Shown here piece after piece: positions 1 to 13,921 of a stretch of 64,000 nt of DNA. The position numbers were made by a program, and so were the translations under genes. Source of the DNA: Nymphaea colorata (taxonomy: Eukaryota); contig NC_045138.2 in the NCBI RefSeq assembly GCF_008831285.2, forward strand, positions 17,360,001-17,424,000, written 5' to 3'. Numbering within the stretch: position 1 is the first letter of the stretch; each line of letters opens with the position of its first letter. The notes beneath the pieces are model-generated. The model was not told where the DNA came from, searched no databases, and worked only from the letters and a program-made list of their open reading frames with translations.

Positions 1-1833
1 ATTTCCAATGAGTTTGCATAATGTCAGATTAACCAGGTTTTTGGGGATTTCCATAAATATAAAGATTTTTCAATTCATTGCAATATAATTTCTTTGTAGA
101 GAGACTTTCTAGAGCCGGATCATGGAGGATGGACTTTCACACGAAAACGATGTTTGTTTCCATCGGAAAAGATGATCAAGAAACTACAACAAACAGTGTG
201 AAATGGAAATCCCCATGTAATATGCAAGCGAATTTCTCATAGTTATAAAAGATATGAGCAACATGAGAGCTAGGCATTGCATTATTGAACGAGTAAACTG
301 GGCTTGGATATGGATTGGTAAGTTTCAAACCCGATTCATTTTGCAGCATTACTGGGTCTGGTGACGGATCCGATGGAGGGGATTGTCTGAGATTTTTTTT
401 CCAATGGTGGAGATTGGTGGATTTATTCGAGAGATTTGGTGGATTAAATGAGATATCCAACTAGGGATATTTTCAGGCCCATGATCGAGATGCTAGGGTT
501 AGGGCAAACTCATCAACCTACCCATTTCAGTGCATAAACGAGGCATTATTGGATCGTACTATAAACGGAACGAATCGGATCGGGTCTCATAAGTACGCCC
601 AATCAGAACCCTTTCAAGCTTCGATGTTGCTTTGCTCCCAAATCTGAAACCAAATCCAAGCCGACCCATATCCATATCCATATCCAAACCCTGAGTGCCA
701 GGCACGAGCCTTATCCAAACCTCATACGAGATGGTTTGATCCATTGTCCGTATCAGATCCACAGATCAGTTCAGTTTTTGATCCATCTGCCCATGAATCC
801 TTTGTTGAGGTTCGGATGTTGGACCCGAACCGAGAAGAAGAACCGGATCCGATTCATTACTCGGGGGAGGACTCGGGAGAGTGGGTGAATGCCGCCCGTT
901 TGTCGAAAGACCATAAGCCATTCAATAATTGAATGCCTTATTTAGCCCCAAACTGGCTTTTCTCAAAGGACGAAAGTGCCCTTCAACTAGGGTTTGGTCA
1001 GCGCGGACCAGACTCAATCCAGTGGAATCCGGGACGACTTTCCGGGAAACTGAGTTAACCCCAAGCTTAGGGGATCGGGTTTGTATAAAAGAATATGTCC
1101 CGATCCAAGTTCATCCAGTTGGATCCATAGTTAAGAAATAAGAATAGTAACTGAGCCGAGCAATTCTGTGATCGGCTCGGCTCAGCTTGAGAACGAGTAG
1201 TATAGGCTTGTTTATCTTTACGTAGACGAGCGGAGCATGAACAACAGCTTGTTGGCTCAGCTCGTCGAAATATATTATATGCATATTGTGCATATGGTGA
1301 TTAATTTTGAATTTCATTAGCAACTAATTAAAGCTAAAACAAGTTGCTTGACATGGGTATGTAAAGCTTGGCATTATAGACGAGTTTATAAACTTAGTTA
1401 GGCCAAATCAAATTGCATCTTTGATTAAAATTTCATCCCAGTGAATGCATTAAATGAAGTTAACTAACTGCTTCAACCTACTCTAACCCCAAAGCTACCT
1501 TCTGATCTAGCGCTTAGAGGTTTGGTATGCAATATTTTTAGTTTTGCTTTTGTTTATTCACTATTTCCGGTGCTCAAAAATGGCAAATATTTTACTTTTG
1601 ATTAAAATTAGAAAAGGGCATTGTCTTGAACAGTTAGAGGAAGTTAAAAATCACAAACCCGGGTTTGGACTCATTCACGGATGGTATGGACCCGATCCAT
1701 CGACGGGCCGACTCCCATGATGTCACGAACACACACGACCCACTGGGATTCAATGGTCAATTCCCAGAAAGTGAGGGTAGGTTTGGAAATGTACTCTCCT
1801 TCCTCACGTCTCTCTCTGGAAAGTTAAAAACGC

Positions 1834-1858
1834 CCGCCAAATACAGAAACTCCCGCCA
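1834..1858 (-). promoter_or_regulatory. E2F-binding site(s) in the FBL17 proximal promoter
   Basis: CCGCCAAA at 1834-1841 reads TTTGGCGG on the minus strand, matching the TTTSSCGS consensus. A second partial TCCCGCCA lies at 1851-1858, ~130-150 nt upstream of the ATG. FBL17 is a known E2F/RBR target in Arabidopsis. Confidence 0.6.
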
Positions 1859-1984
1859 TCTCTCTCTCTCTTCCCTCCACTATTTCTATCCTCTGCCTCC
1901 TCCTTCCCACTTTCTCTTTCTCTCTCCCTTTCTCTCTCTGTCGATCTCTCTCTCTCTAGAAGTTCTATCTAGAAGGCGGGGAAG

Positions 1985-4900
1985 ATGCAAGGGGGAGGGG
2001 CGCCAGAATCCGGCGAGGGTGGTGGCGCAGTCCATTGCGTTCCAGCTGCCCGGCTGGCTACTGGCAAGAGGAGGGGGAGCTACAACTGTGGGAGGTGTGG
2101 ACTCCCCAAGAAGGGTCACACCTGCACCTCCTCTATCTCCTCCCCCTCCCTTCACCACCCTCCATTTCTCACGCCACCGCCCATCTCCTCCCTTCCTCCG
2201 CCCTCCTCCTCCACCACAGCTGCCGCTCCCAAGAATAAGCCCCCAGCACACTCCTCCGCCTCCCGCCGTCACCTCGACTTTACTGCCGAGGTAGCTGCAG
2301 GCTCGGGCGGCGCGGTTCCGGATGGATGTCTGGCTGAGGTTCTTCGGAGGCTGCCGCCGCCGGCGTTGCTGGCTGCGGCGCAGGTGTGCCGGGAGTGGCG
2401 AGAGTGCGCTGCCCTTATCTGGGCAGCTACCGAGGAGATCCGTATATCGGTTGGTCGGAGGCCAACGGCGTCGATCGGCACTGTTCTGAAGAAATGCCCC
2501 ATGCTCGCCCGCCTCTCGCTTCGGATCGAAAGGTTGGGGGAGTGGATTCGCATTTATAGTACCTTGCCTTTCGCGTTTCTTCATCGCCGATATTATTTTT
2601 GCTTTCAGTGGTCTCTTTGACCGTGGTGAAATAGCAGAAAAAGTGTTCAACTTGCGAAATGTTTTCCCTTTTGTTGGGTTTCCTGGTCGGCGACCTGATC
2701 TTAGAATACTGGTTAGGTGTGAGATGCGGCAGAACGTATAATCTCTAATGGATGTGAACTGGTTTTTTCACAGTGAGATCGATGCTACCGTTTTGGCGTA
2801 TATCGCGTTCATCTGTCCCAATTTGGAGGGGTTGGAGATCCGGATAGCTGAATCTGCAGCTAATAGGATAACTGGGTTTGTATTCTTCTCTCCTGTTTGA
2901 TGCTCTTCCAGTTTAGTCCCTTCACTTGGTCACGCTTGAGTTTTGGGTCTCCTTTTTGAAACATCTAGTCTCTATTTTGCAAGTTCTTGGTTAGCGTATT
3001 AGCGATTTGGCGATTATTTGGGTCCGTATTCTTTCATTACTTTCTCTCTTTGATGACGATGATGGTGACCGAACTCGAAAATCTGTTCAATCTACCTGGC
3101 CTTAACTATTCTACTCAAAGAAGCCACAAGGGAGCTCGGATGGATGCTAATGGTGATGATAATAACGATCACAGCGGCAATGGCTGCGGTGATGTTTCGT
3201 TTGTCCTGATCGAACCTTTTCTGATGTTGATAGTGGTGTATCGGGTGATTTTGGTTGTAAATCGGTTATTAATATTGATTTCTATATTGATCTGGGTGGT
3301 GCTGCTTCTACCATATACTGCATAATCCAGCTCTTTTAAGCATGGAAGGCTTATTCGATATGTTTAGGGTTATGCGCTCTTTTCAATATTTTTTCATGCT
3401 TTTTTTTGTCCAGACTATCCATTAGATGTATGCGATCCAGCACCCACGACGGTTAGAGATGTGCTCTTCTGTTTTTCCGATTATTTTCTCTTGTTTAGTT
3501 AAGTACAACATGTGATCCATTAGTTGCATGTGCCGCTGTGCACTCACGCCCGCAAGGATCTTGAATCTGTGTTTCTTGCTCTTGTATATGCTAAATATCA
3601 TCCTCATGGCCCGTGTTGCACATTTACTTTATGTACTTATAATTGTACTTTACGGTCTTGATGTGGCTTTGTGGTGGTTGAGGAGGATGTCGTTTTAGGA
3701 TCCCTACATTTTCCCTCTTTTTGTTTTTCCCCTTTTAGCTGTACCGCATCTGCATCATCTAACCTTTGCAAGCCTGTGGTAGTTCTTCTTAGTTCACTTT
3801 TTCTCATGACATGCGTGCAGCTCAATGACTTTGTTTCTGTCATCTTCTGTGATTTGGGTTCGTGGAATTCTTTGCTAACACTAGCACTAGCTTTCCCTCC
3901 TTCATTTCTGAGCCACAACTTTTATTCTGCAGGGATGAGCTTGGCCGTTTTGTTTCAGAAAGCAAATATCTTTCTGTTTTAAAGATTGAAGGCTGTACAA
4001 ATCTTGGTCGTCTTGTACTGTACTCATCAAGTCTAGTAACCCTCTGGTTGTCAGATCTCTACTGTCTGAGTGAAACGGTACCTAGTGCTTGTTAAGTTGC
4101 TGCAGTATATCACCACTTTACTGTGCTCAAATTTCTTATGCATTTTTTTCTTGCACTGTCTTAATATTGTAGGTGCTGAACTGTCCTAGCCTGAAAGAGC
4201 TTTCTCTTGATTTTGTTCGGGATGAAAATGATTCAACTGATCTATGTAGCATGGCAGAAAATCTTGGAAGAAGCTGTCCAAGGTTGCGAAACGTACATAT
4301 TGCTTCTGTTCGGCTATCTCATAACTTTGTCCTTGCACTTACCAGTGCAAACTTGAGGTTTGTATTGCTTCTGATCGCAGAACAAATTGGGGTTTTGTGG
4401 GCATGAACAGATCACTAATTGTAGCTTGAGAATGCAGTTAGCGTCATTATGATACCAGTTCGTGTTTTTTTATTTTTAACTCTTCATTTGTCAACCGTGT
4501 ACAACAAGCAAGCATACATGCACACTCTCGACAGTTAGGAGGGAAAGGAAAAGCAATATTTTCTTGTTTCCTACAATGTTAAATTCACTTAAGATTTTGT
4601 TCTAAAATCTTCAGTTCAACACTGTAGCCTATATTTTGCATGTCTGCATTCTATACTTACCTTTTCACTATGTTTCGTTTAGCTTGTCAGCAAGCTTGGT
4701 TATGTTCCTTGTTATAGTATGTTCTAAGTCTGCTGTCTTTTGTCATCTGCTTTTTTCTGCAAATTGGTCAATGGTTATGCATTGCTGGAACTTCCTTTTC
4801 TCTTTTCTCGCTTTGGGATTCTCATGCCATGGCTTTACAAGTTAGTGTCTGTTTATGCAGGAGTCTACGCATGCTTGCCCTGTTGCTTGGTTCAGAAATT

Positions 4901-6707
4901 ACAGATGCATCTGTAGCTGCCATTTCCTCAAGCTATAGTTCTCTAGAATTGTTAGATCTTAGTGGGTATGTTTGGTTCTTTTAGCAGGATATTTTTCTTC
5001 ATTGTTGAAAATAATAAACATGGATGTTTATTCTATACTTAAGTTTTCTCTATATGGGTGCTGATTAGTTGCTAATTCTGTTTTCAGCTCAAGCATTACT
5101 GACAATGGCATTGGAATGATATGCAATGTTTTTCAGAGATCTCTATCCCGACTTCTACTTGCATTTTGTCCTAACATCACTTCCAGTTAAGATCTTTTGA
5201 ACTTGATTACACCATGTCCTTTCCTTTGTCGTCAAAAATTGAACTTCTATAATATTTTTACCAAGTCCATTTGCATGGACTTCGGCCCAGTTGACATGTC
5301 AATTAACCTGTGAAGATGCATTTTTATAGATTCACTTCATTATGAGTTGAGAGTTGGGTCAGCTGGAGGCTTTGATGCCATGAGTGTGATGTAGGTTCTG
5401 CCGTGGACGAATTTACACAACTCTGATCTTTATTGGTCTAGAGCTGGTAGAGTTGTCTGAGCATATGATAGGCACAAAATCCTTTACTTGCTGTATTACT
5501 TATCATGGGACAACAAATATTCTAATGTGATTTTTCTGTTCTTTCTCAGGTGGGATTCAATTTGCTGCTGCTCAGTTGCCACTTCTACAGCTTATTGATT
5601 GTGGAATGCCAATACTAGATCCCTGCTCTCGTGATGATGCTTCTGATGCCAAAGGAATGTTGACAGACAAAAATGAATTGGGTCATGGCTACTATCCGAA
5701 GCCACCTGTTGTTAAATTGCAATCTATTTGTCAAAAGCTAATTATTAAGCACTCACGGTTGAAGAAACTTAGCTTATGGGGTTGCTCTGGTTTAGATGTA
5801 TGTTATCCCTAACTAAAACCATTAGGATCCTATTCACTTTTTGGGGTCTAAGTGTTTGGCTTAAATGCAGGCCTTATACCTAAACTGTCCAGAGCTTCAG
5901 GACCTCAACATCAATTCATGTACGAACTTGCAACCAGGTATATTATTTAGGTTCCATTATTAAGCTCATATGTTGTTTGAATCCAATACCAAATGGATGT
6001 CAGTTAGAGTATATTGCAGGAGAGATCTTGGTTTGATTTTCGTGCAATATTGTTATTTCAGAGGGTGTCATTCTTCAATGTCCCAACTTGAAAACCGTTC
6101 ATGCTTCTGGGTGCAAAAAAAAGCTGATCGGAGCAATTGAAGATCAGGTACTCTTCATACTCGCTGCATATCAAATAAATTTCTTTGAACTCCACTATTA
6201 GCAACTTTCTCAGAAGTTTACATCTGTCAAAAATTTTGGGCTTGTCTATGATCATGGATGAGTTGTCGACTTGTCTCTGTTATGCTTCCACATCTCCTTT
6301 TTTCGTCAATTATGAGTACCAGATCAAGCTCTTCCGAAACTTGGCTTCAAGCGTCTCATCTTTGTTGTATGTTACATATATTAGTCTAACAGATTACCAG
6401 TTTTCATTTGACCTTATCAAGTTTTCCCCTTCTTCCTTTTCTTTTTTGCAGGTTTTCAATGATTTTGCTAGCCTAACCAATTCATTTCAGTCTAAGCGGT
6501 TGGCTGATGGGTCCAAAAGGGTTCAAGTTCCCCAGTTTGGCATCCAACATGTAAGTACTTGTAACATGTATTCTTGATCTTTTGTATTCAGAAAAATCTA
6601 TTTTTATCTTTGGCTCTCCTCTAATATTGGCATTGCAGTTGCAGTCATACGACGAGGACACCAAAAAGATCAGCTCGCGGCCCAGATGGAGGCTGAAAAT
6701 TGATTAG
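1985..6707 (+). CDS. FBL17: F-box/LRR-repeat protein 17 (SCF component degrading KRP CDK inhibitors), 11 coding exons
   Basis: N-terminal KRRGSYNCGRCGLPKKGHTC motif, F-box (VPDGCLAEVLRRLPP...AAQVCREW) and Cys-containing LRRs (LNCPSLKELSLDF, LKKLSLWGCSGLD). Exons read with GT-AG borders: 1985-2532, 2774-2875, 3933-4077, 4173-4357, 4861-4965, 5088-5185, 5550-5797, 5871-5937, 6062-6147, 6452-6550, 6639-6707 (TAG). A tandem acceptor (TTGCAGTTGCAG) makes the last exon start 6639 or 6645. Confidence 0.93.
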
Positions 6708-9375
6708 TTAATGCTCTCTTGTAGAGTAGGCTGATAGTATCTTCAACCGTAGGGATCTGATAAGTGGCGTAGCCTGACAAATGGACGTTGATACTTGGTA
6801 ATCTCATCAACTTTTTAGCATCTTGTGAGGGGGTCTGTAATTTTCCCCCCTCCCACGGTCAAGTTCTCGTGCTGCGACTTGTACCAATGTCAGGTAACGT
6901 ATACCTGTTCGTATCGATCTTCGCTGATGGAAAGACTATCCTAGTATTTCTGTCTTGAAGAGGATGCCCTCTTTAGCAAGAGGGCAATGGTGTTTCTTGT
7001 ATGAAATGAAACTTGATATTCCAATTTGAAATGGACATGGAACTAATTTTTTTCCACAATAAAAAATAATTGTTACATGTAAAGAGTTTCTGTTGTCATT
7101 TTTCAAAGGTTTTTTATATAACCAGAATTCTTCCTTCAAAGGCCATGCTTGATTGGTGCAAAACTTACCTGTTCCTTACTAAGGGCAATCACACACCATG
7201 AAGTTCAAGACTTTCTTCAACACTTTCTAAGTTCTTAGTCTTGAAATTGGAAAAAAAAAGTACATAGAGGGGGAAAGGGCTGTTTCTTCACTCTGAATAC
7301 GCCAGGGAGCATTATCGAAGCACTTAAATTTGTCAACGAATGCATGTCTAGTCTTACATACTAGATGACTGATAACACTGCTTGTCATTTTTGGGTTCAC
7401 CTCTTCCTGTTTTTTCGGGTTTAGCGAGCAATTCGCCTTCTAGGATTGACCTTAGATCTCTTTATCTCAATGTTGTAAATTTGGGTTCCGATGCTATTAC
7501 GGTTTGCTCACTGATAATTGTTACCTATGATCTCGTACGTCCTTATTTTTTGACTTTTGAATCTTACAATGATTTAAAATTAAACATCCCGATATGATGT
7601 GTATTGAGCGATAAACTCCGATTAGATCCATCTTGACGTTGATACATTAGGTGATGCCTTCATTTTTCTATTTGAATGAACCATATCCAATTCAAAATAG
7701 TGATCGATGTCCAGCCGAGGGTTATCTTGATTCATCTAAGCGTATCTGCCGTATCATCAAAGTAAACCATTAAACGGGTTGTCCTATTTGAAGAGAAAAT
7801 CCAATTGCATCCAATCAATTGTCAGCTTTCTTTGTCATCCAATCAATAGAAAATGTTTTCAAATTTATTCAAATTTGTTTCAATTTCATAAAGAGTAGCT
7901 TTCTTTGATTTACACATCCCATCCTGTTCTTATCACTCAAATTTTCTTAGAAGCATTTGAATATCTAGTGCGCGATCGAGAAAAGGAAGTCATGCTCGGA
8001 TGTTTGTCCATTCAGATTCAAGTAGCAAAGAGAAAATAATCAATCCATATCCCAAAAAGAAACAGAAAAAAAAAATCCTGCAATCTGAACTTTATTGAAG
8101 CCTAAATACATATTAATGTGATCCTGCTTTTAATAATAAAATGAACATCCAATTTGAAAAGTTGAACTTGGTAAAGTTAAATGGGCAATTTACATTGAAG
8201 ATGATATTCGATGCTGATCAAATGTTTATATAACGCCAAATGAGAATCCAGATCTGATCAGATGTCATAGAACCATATCCAAATTTCAATGTGGACTTCA
8301 ATTTTTATATTTCCAATTGATTTAATGTGGTTTTATTGGATACCCAATTCAAATATGATCGATTGACATCCCTACTTTGACATAAGATCTAATATGAATT
8401 TGATGCATTTAATAATGAAGGATTTGATGTTATGCAAACGGCTAACTGCACATATTAGATAAAAGGCGAAAATATTCTTGTTAGATTGGATAATGGGCAA
8501 TCCAATATGAATCTGGACATTGTTGGAATCCGCTTCCTAAAACTCTTGCATCAAACAAGGGATGCAAGGAACTAGAACATCATTTTATGTATATGGGCCG
8601 GTCGACTTTCCTAGTGAAATTTGTGGAAGAGAAAGCCTTGTTTAGGAACTTGTATTTTGTTTCAACCGGTGTTGTAAAAATCGGTTTGTGAATCGAATCG
8701 GTGAGGCTGGTGAATAGCCAAAAATATTTTAAAAAATCATTTAAAAAATAAACGAAAAAAATATATAAGAGATAAATAAAAATATTTTTTAAAATATATC
8801 AGGAAACTAGTGGAAACTTGACATGTGACACTATTGAATTTGATATAGAATTGAATTGCTTTGCCACCGATTTGGTTCAAATCACCATTCTGATAATACT
8901 GGTTTCACCAATCAACCGCATTGTATGTCCGACTTTAAGATCGTTAGTTTGATGAAGCATAAAATTATATACGAGTCTCTGGCCATTCTACATGGCAAGA
9001 TCAAACCATACCGTTATATTCAAGAAGTTGAATATCGTGATGCATTGGAGATCAAAGTTTTTTACAAGTAAACCAGCTTACTTCAAATCTATATAATCCC
9101 AAATTAAGTACAGCAAGAAAAAAAAAAAAAAAGCCTTATCAAGGCAGGCCATGCCATGGAAGTTCTTTATTTCTGTCTTTCTATCAGACATAGAAACAAC
9201 TAAATCACCACAAAGGATCCAACATAAGAGACCAAAAACATCACAAAAACTGTAACCCCTATAGGTTATCATTTCCTAAACAGTAACCAACATTGGGGAG
9301 AATCTGAAAAAAAAAAAACACGAAAACCCGCTTATTTCTGGGATTATCTGGGTTTTCCAAAAATCCTGGATTTTC

Positions 9376-9940
9376 TCACTCTGCAAGTAACTCCTGGAGC
9401 AAGGGTCCGCATTCGGGGAGGGGTTCCTTCTTCAAGAAACCAATAGAGTTCGCGTAGCGCAGGCGGGAAGGCATGCCACTGTTCTTGGCCAGGAGGACTC
9501 GGGCCCGGTTGCGGTTAGGTGAGAGCTCGTTGCAGTCAGCCATGGGGCTTTCTGTTACCATCACCTCACAGATATCATCTTCATGCTCGCCGGCCACCGG
9601 AATCTGGTAAGTTCCTGTTTCATCTGTTACTCCATCTATGACCACCTTAGGATGGTCGCCTTCGCGATCTTCGCATTCAATTTTGAGAGGCACACCTATA
9701 ATTGCCCGAAAATCATTACAAGAATATGAAGAACACTAAAAACAAACACGCCCTAGAGGATTTTGAGCAGCACTTTGGATCATTACCAGAGATGTAAGTG
9801 GTCAGGTTCGTCTCGAACCCGGCTCGGCAAGTGTCGCAGTAGACTCGGCCTGTGACGATGAAATCCGAGCAGCTGGCCAATCTAACCAGCGACAAACAAC
9901 AAATGGAGGCAATGGCAATAAAAGCAATGGATCTTGCCAT
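9376..9940 (-). CDS. Pollen Ole e 1 allergen-family secreted protein (LAT52/C13-like), 2 exons
   Basis: Signal peptide followed by VTGRVYCDTCRAGFET (Ole e 1 signature); exon 2 has ECEDR...GVTDETGTY...EHEDDICEV. Exons 9940-9787 and 9695-9376, GT-AG intron, frame continuous (G|GT). Confidence 0.93.
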
Positions 9941-10292
9941 CCTTTCTCCCTCAACTCTTTTCCTTCAATGGCCTCTTACTTCTGTCCGGTTCTAACCTCG
10001 AGACAATTTACAACGGAGAGTTTGCAGCCTCGGGCATGGTTTAAAAAGAGTAGAGCAATTGAATCTGGCAGTTAGAAGCAGTTACTCTCCATTCTCTTTA
10101 TATGGTGGAAATGGATCCGACCGACCATTTCTTCGGACTCTCAAATCTAACAAACTGCTATATATAAGTTGTGAACCGAAGGAAGGGCAACAACTCGTAT
10201 GTTTGGGATGCAAAATGACCAAAAAGTTCCCGAAATTTAAAAATGAAAAGCTCTCATATGAGAACAACAACAAAGGAAATGAAAAAAAAGGG

Positions 10293-10474
10293 GAACGAAC
10301 GTTGAAGTATTTTTATTCATTAAATGACCAAAATACCCCTCACAAACCATGCAGGGTCAAACCGACGTCTAATATAAATGAAAAAAAAAAGAGAACGAAC
10401 GTTGAGGTATATTTATTCATTAAATGACCAAAATACCCCTCACAAACCATGCAGGGTCAAACCGACGTCTAATA
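10293..10474. repeat. Two-copy tandem duplication (~82-bp unit, ~100-bp period) upstream of the Ole e 1 gene
   Basis: GAACGAACGTTGA...TTAAATGACCAAAATACCCCTCACAAACCATGCAGGGTCAAACCGACGTCTAATATA occurs twice, nearly identical. Confidence 0.85.
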
Positions 10475-13433
10475 TATATATATATATATGATAAGCAATG
10501 TGGTCCAATTAGACCTATATCTATTACTTAAATAATAACTGCAACATCAAGAAAAGTTTGAGGGGAATAAGCTTCTCATGCAGAAACCAGCTAAATGGTG
10601 GCATGTCATCAAAGCAACTAACGAATCAAAGATCAGTATCTATGACATGCGCTTGGCTTAAATAATAGATATACATGGCCTAAGCTTGGGAATGAATATG
10701 TTAACAGTCTAGTTATATAGTGGCCACGCGTATGATCCACATGAAAACGTTTTATACCCGCCAGCAGAGACATATAGCTAACTTAACAAATAGATTAATT
10801 CCACATGTTGCTCCCTGACAGCGTTTGATAACAGGAAAACTGGATTAATGTTACATGAATCTCTATGAATTTGTCATGATCTTTGGCACAGACTCAGAGA
10901 ACATTACAATAAGCCTCCTTTATATAACAAGACAAGTTCACCTCGATGATGAAAGCATATATCTTGCAGTAACACTTATCTGTATATATGGTGGGCAAAC
11001 ATTGATACAGGCAAACAGAAGATAAGTTTTTTTTTCTGTCAACAGAAGCCCTTTTTCTGTTAGCGAAAATCTGAAGGTTCAGTACCTTCTGAAAAATGAG
11101 GACACCTACGACAACTATTTTCTGCTCAAATTAAAAGGTCGAGACCTGGATCCGGGGATCATCAAATTGTTCGAGTAATTTAATTACCTAACAACTCGAA
11201 AACATAAATTCATAGAGACTAATTGAAACTTAGCACGTAGTTTTTCTTTTTAATTTCTTATATTAGTCAAATGAATTAAGACATTTTTAAAATGAAACTT
11301 TTGATAGGCTGGTGTGGGCAGCCCCCATGTATCTTTACCACCGGCCATGGCTCTTCCTCGATGGTGCCACTCAAGTGCAGCAGGAGCTCCTCCTCATCAT
11401 CACCAACCTTCAAAAAAGCACGGAATAGGCAAAAGCTGGACCTTGACAGCGTGATCAGCAAATGTGTGTGAGGATCTTTGAGTTGCAGAGTTTTTTTCTC
11501 AGAGATATATTGCTGGGCAACAATTCAAAGTTAATCAGGACAAGTGCATGCTTAGTCTAATTAGCACAAAGAGATGTCAGTACCCTTTGCAGATGGATGG
11601 TTGGCCGAATGAACAAAAAAACCCTCTCTTTATATATATATAAAATCAAAAGTTTGGTGTGTGTTTCTTTCCTTTCTTGAACAAGAAAGCTGCACCTAAA
11701 TAAACTTTTCAGAAAAATGACAGCGAAGTGCTCTTCCAAATACACATATAAAACACATACAATACAGTTTCCATATTAACCATACAAATTTACCAATAAA
11801 ATTTATAAAAAAACGTTTCATTAATATGAAAACTTCCCTCAACAATAGACGATTTATTTGTTTTCTCGAAAAATTTCAACATAAGCTCCACATCTTCAAT
11901 ATCGGTAAAAGTAAATATATATAGTTTAAACTATTAGTTTCTTAATTTCAATGCAATATTCAATTATATATGAATATTACTAAATATGGTTAAATATGTG
12001 AATACGAAATAATCTAATTAAGTTTGTCTTCATTAAAAGCTTGTTCGTTTCCTGTCACGTTAATCACAGTTTAAATTAGTAACCGATTGACAAAAAGATG
12101 TTTCTGTTTTCTATTACAGTTGATTCTTTTGTTGAAAACGTTCCTCTTTTTTAACATTAGAAAGGTTGCCAAAACCAACGAGTATTTAAAGGGTGTCTGT
12201 AACTTTTTCATGAATAAATATTCCCTTCCAAATGGCCCAATCGTGGCACTAATAGGCGTATATCAGAAAATACATTTGAAGCACATGTAGTTTGAAATAG
12301 CACAAATGGGCTAATTGCTAATTAAAAATGTACGACCATGGTGTGTTTTCTATTATATTCGATTCTTTCATTCAAAAGTTTTCTCTTTTTTGACTTAAGC
12401 TAGTTATTATTTTCAAATTTAATATTAGTACGTTTTTTTTCTTCAAATGGAACTTCAAATATATGCTTCATCAAAGACTGACCCAAACTATACCTTAAAG
12501 TCACATTATGTTGATAACCAATATGATTTATTTAAGTATATGTATTAATAAAACATCTGACCTACAACTTCCTTTTATCCCTCAGCCACCAACTGACAAA
12601 TTGACAATTTTTTACAATAAGAATATGCTATATAGAGGGACCTAGCTAAGTGATTCGAATATTGCCTTAAAAGATTTAAAATCCCACTAGTTCAATTTGT
12701 TTTTTTAATGCATTTGGAACATTAGACCCAAATCATTCGTGTTTTTAGTTATACTTAAAGCAAAGCAAGAACAAAAATAGATTTAAATCCTCCCCTTCAT
12801 CAACATTGGTAAAAACAAAGATATATAGTTTACCTTATTTTAGCTTAGCTCAATGTAATATTTAATCTTCTGTTACATTACTAAGTATAGTTAAATACGT
12901 GAATACAAAATAATCCAATTAAGTTTGTCTTTATTGAAAACATATAAGTTTTCTGTCACATGAATACTAGCTTAAATTAGTAACCAATTGGAAAAAAAAG
13001 GTTTCTAAGTGCAGAACCTTGGCTCATTTTTAACAATATAAAAAAGTGATGTTTCGACCTTTTTCTATTCTAGTCATTGAAAAGTTTTGGCTTTTTTAAC
13101 TTTGGAAAAGTCCGCAATAACAAACAAGTATTTAATTTTTTTTTCAAGAATAAAATCTCCCTTTTAAAGTAATCACCCAACCGTGTTGCTCACAGGAGTA
13201 TATTTGATAAAGCACAAAAAAACCGCGTGCAGTTTGAAATAGCATAAATAGGCTCTTTGCTATATAACATGGTTGCGTGACTTCATGTGGAGGTTGAAAG
13301 AGAAAACGAAAGCTCACAGACTTCTCTTTGATTCTGAGGGCGAACAACTGCTGTCTTACTGAAAGTTATATAAAGGGTGAGACAGATCCAAGAGCAGGAT
13401 ATTAAACTCGAGAAAAAGAGAGAGAGAGCGACT

Positions 13434-13921
13434 ATGGCGCCTAAACGGGAAGCAAGGGCAAGTGTAGCGAATTCAAATATGAGAGAAGGGAAAGCAATAT
13501 GTAATCACTTTCGGCAACGGAAATTCTGGAGGAGAAACGTTGACACACAATTTCAAACAGTACTTAGTTTTTATGTGAATTATATTTCATTTAGATTATG
13601 ATTAAGCATGTCGTAATATTTTTACTTTGTTTTTTCTTTTTTGCAGCCACTCATCTCTGGGGTAACAGAAGAAGAAGAACACATCATAAAGGTGTCAGAC
13701 AACGATCAGCTGGAGTTGTGCATCGCTGCCCGGCGTGATGATCCGTATGTGTTACTGCCTTTTGCTTTTTATATGATCATCGGATTTTATCTGTCATTTT
13801 TCTTAACGCTTGATCATGTTTTCTTAGGAAACTGGTGTTTTGCCTGCGGATTCCTGCAAACCTGGAAGATCTTAAACAAAGGGCCGAAGCAGCAGGTTTT
13901 AAAGTAGAGGTGGAGCCTTAG
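13434..13921 (+). CDS. Unrecognised small protein (105 aa), 3 exons, paralog 1
   Basis: TATA (TTATATAAAGGG, ~13367). Exons 13434-13559, 13647-13744, 13828-13921 with GT-AG borders, phases 0/2. Product: MAPKREARASVANSNMREGKAICNHFRQRKFWRRNVDTQFQT-PLISGVTEEEEHIIKVSDNDQLELCIAARRDDP-KLVFCLRIPANLEDLKQRAEAAGFKVEVEP*. Same exon structure as the diverged paralog at 32918. Confidence 0.75.

Noticed and set aside
300..1270. Regulatory RNA or gene in the GGATC/CCGA-rich region upstream of FBL17
   Set aside because: Looks like decayed MITE/hAT subterminal repeats; I could not define termini or TSDs well enough to call elements.
1665..2650. Long overlapping ORFs (209 aa +, 254 aa -) at the FBL17 5' end
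   Set aside because: Shadow frames of a GC-rich exon and CT-repeat UTR with low-complexity translations.
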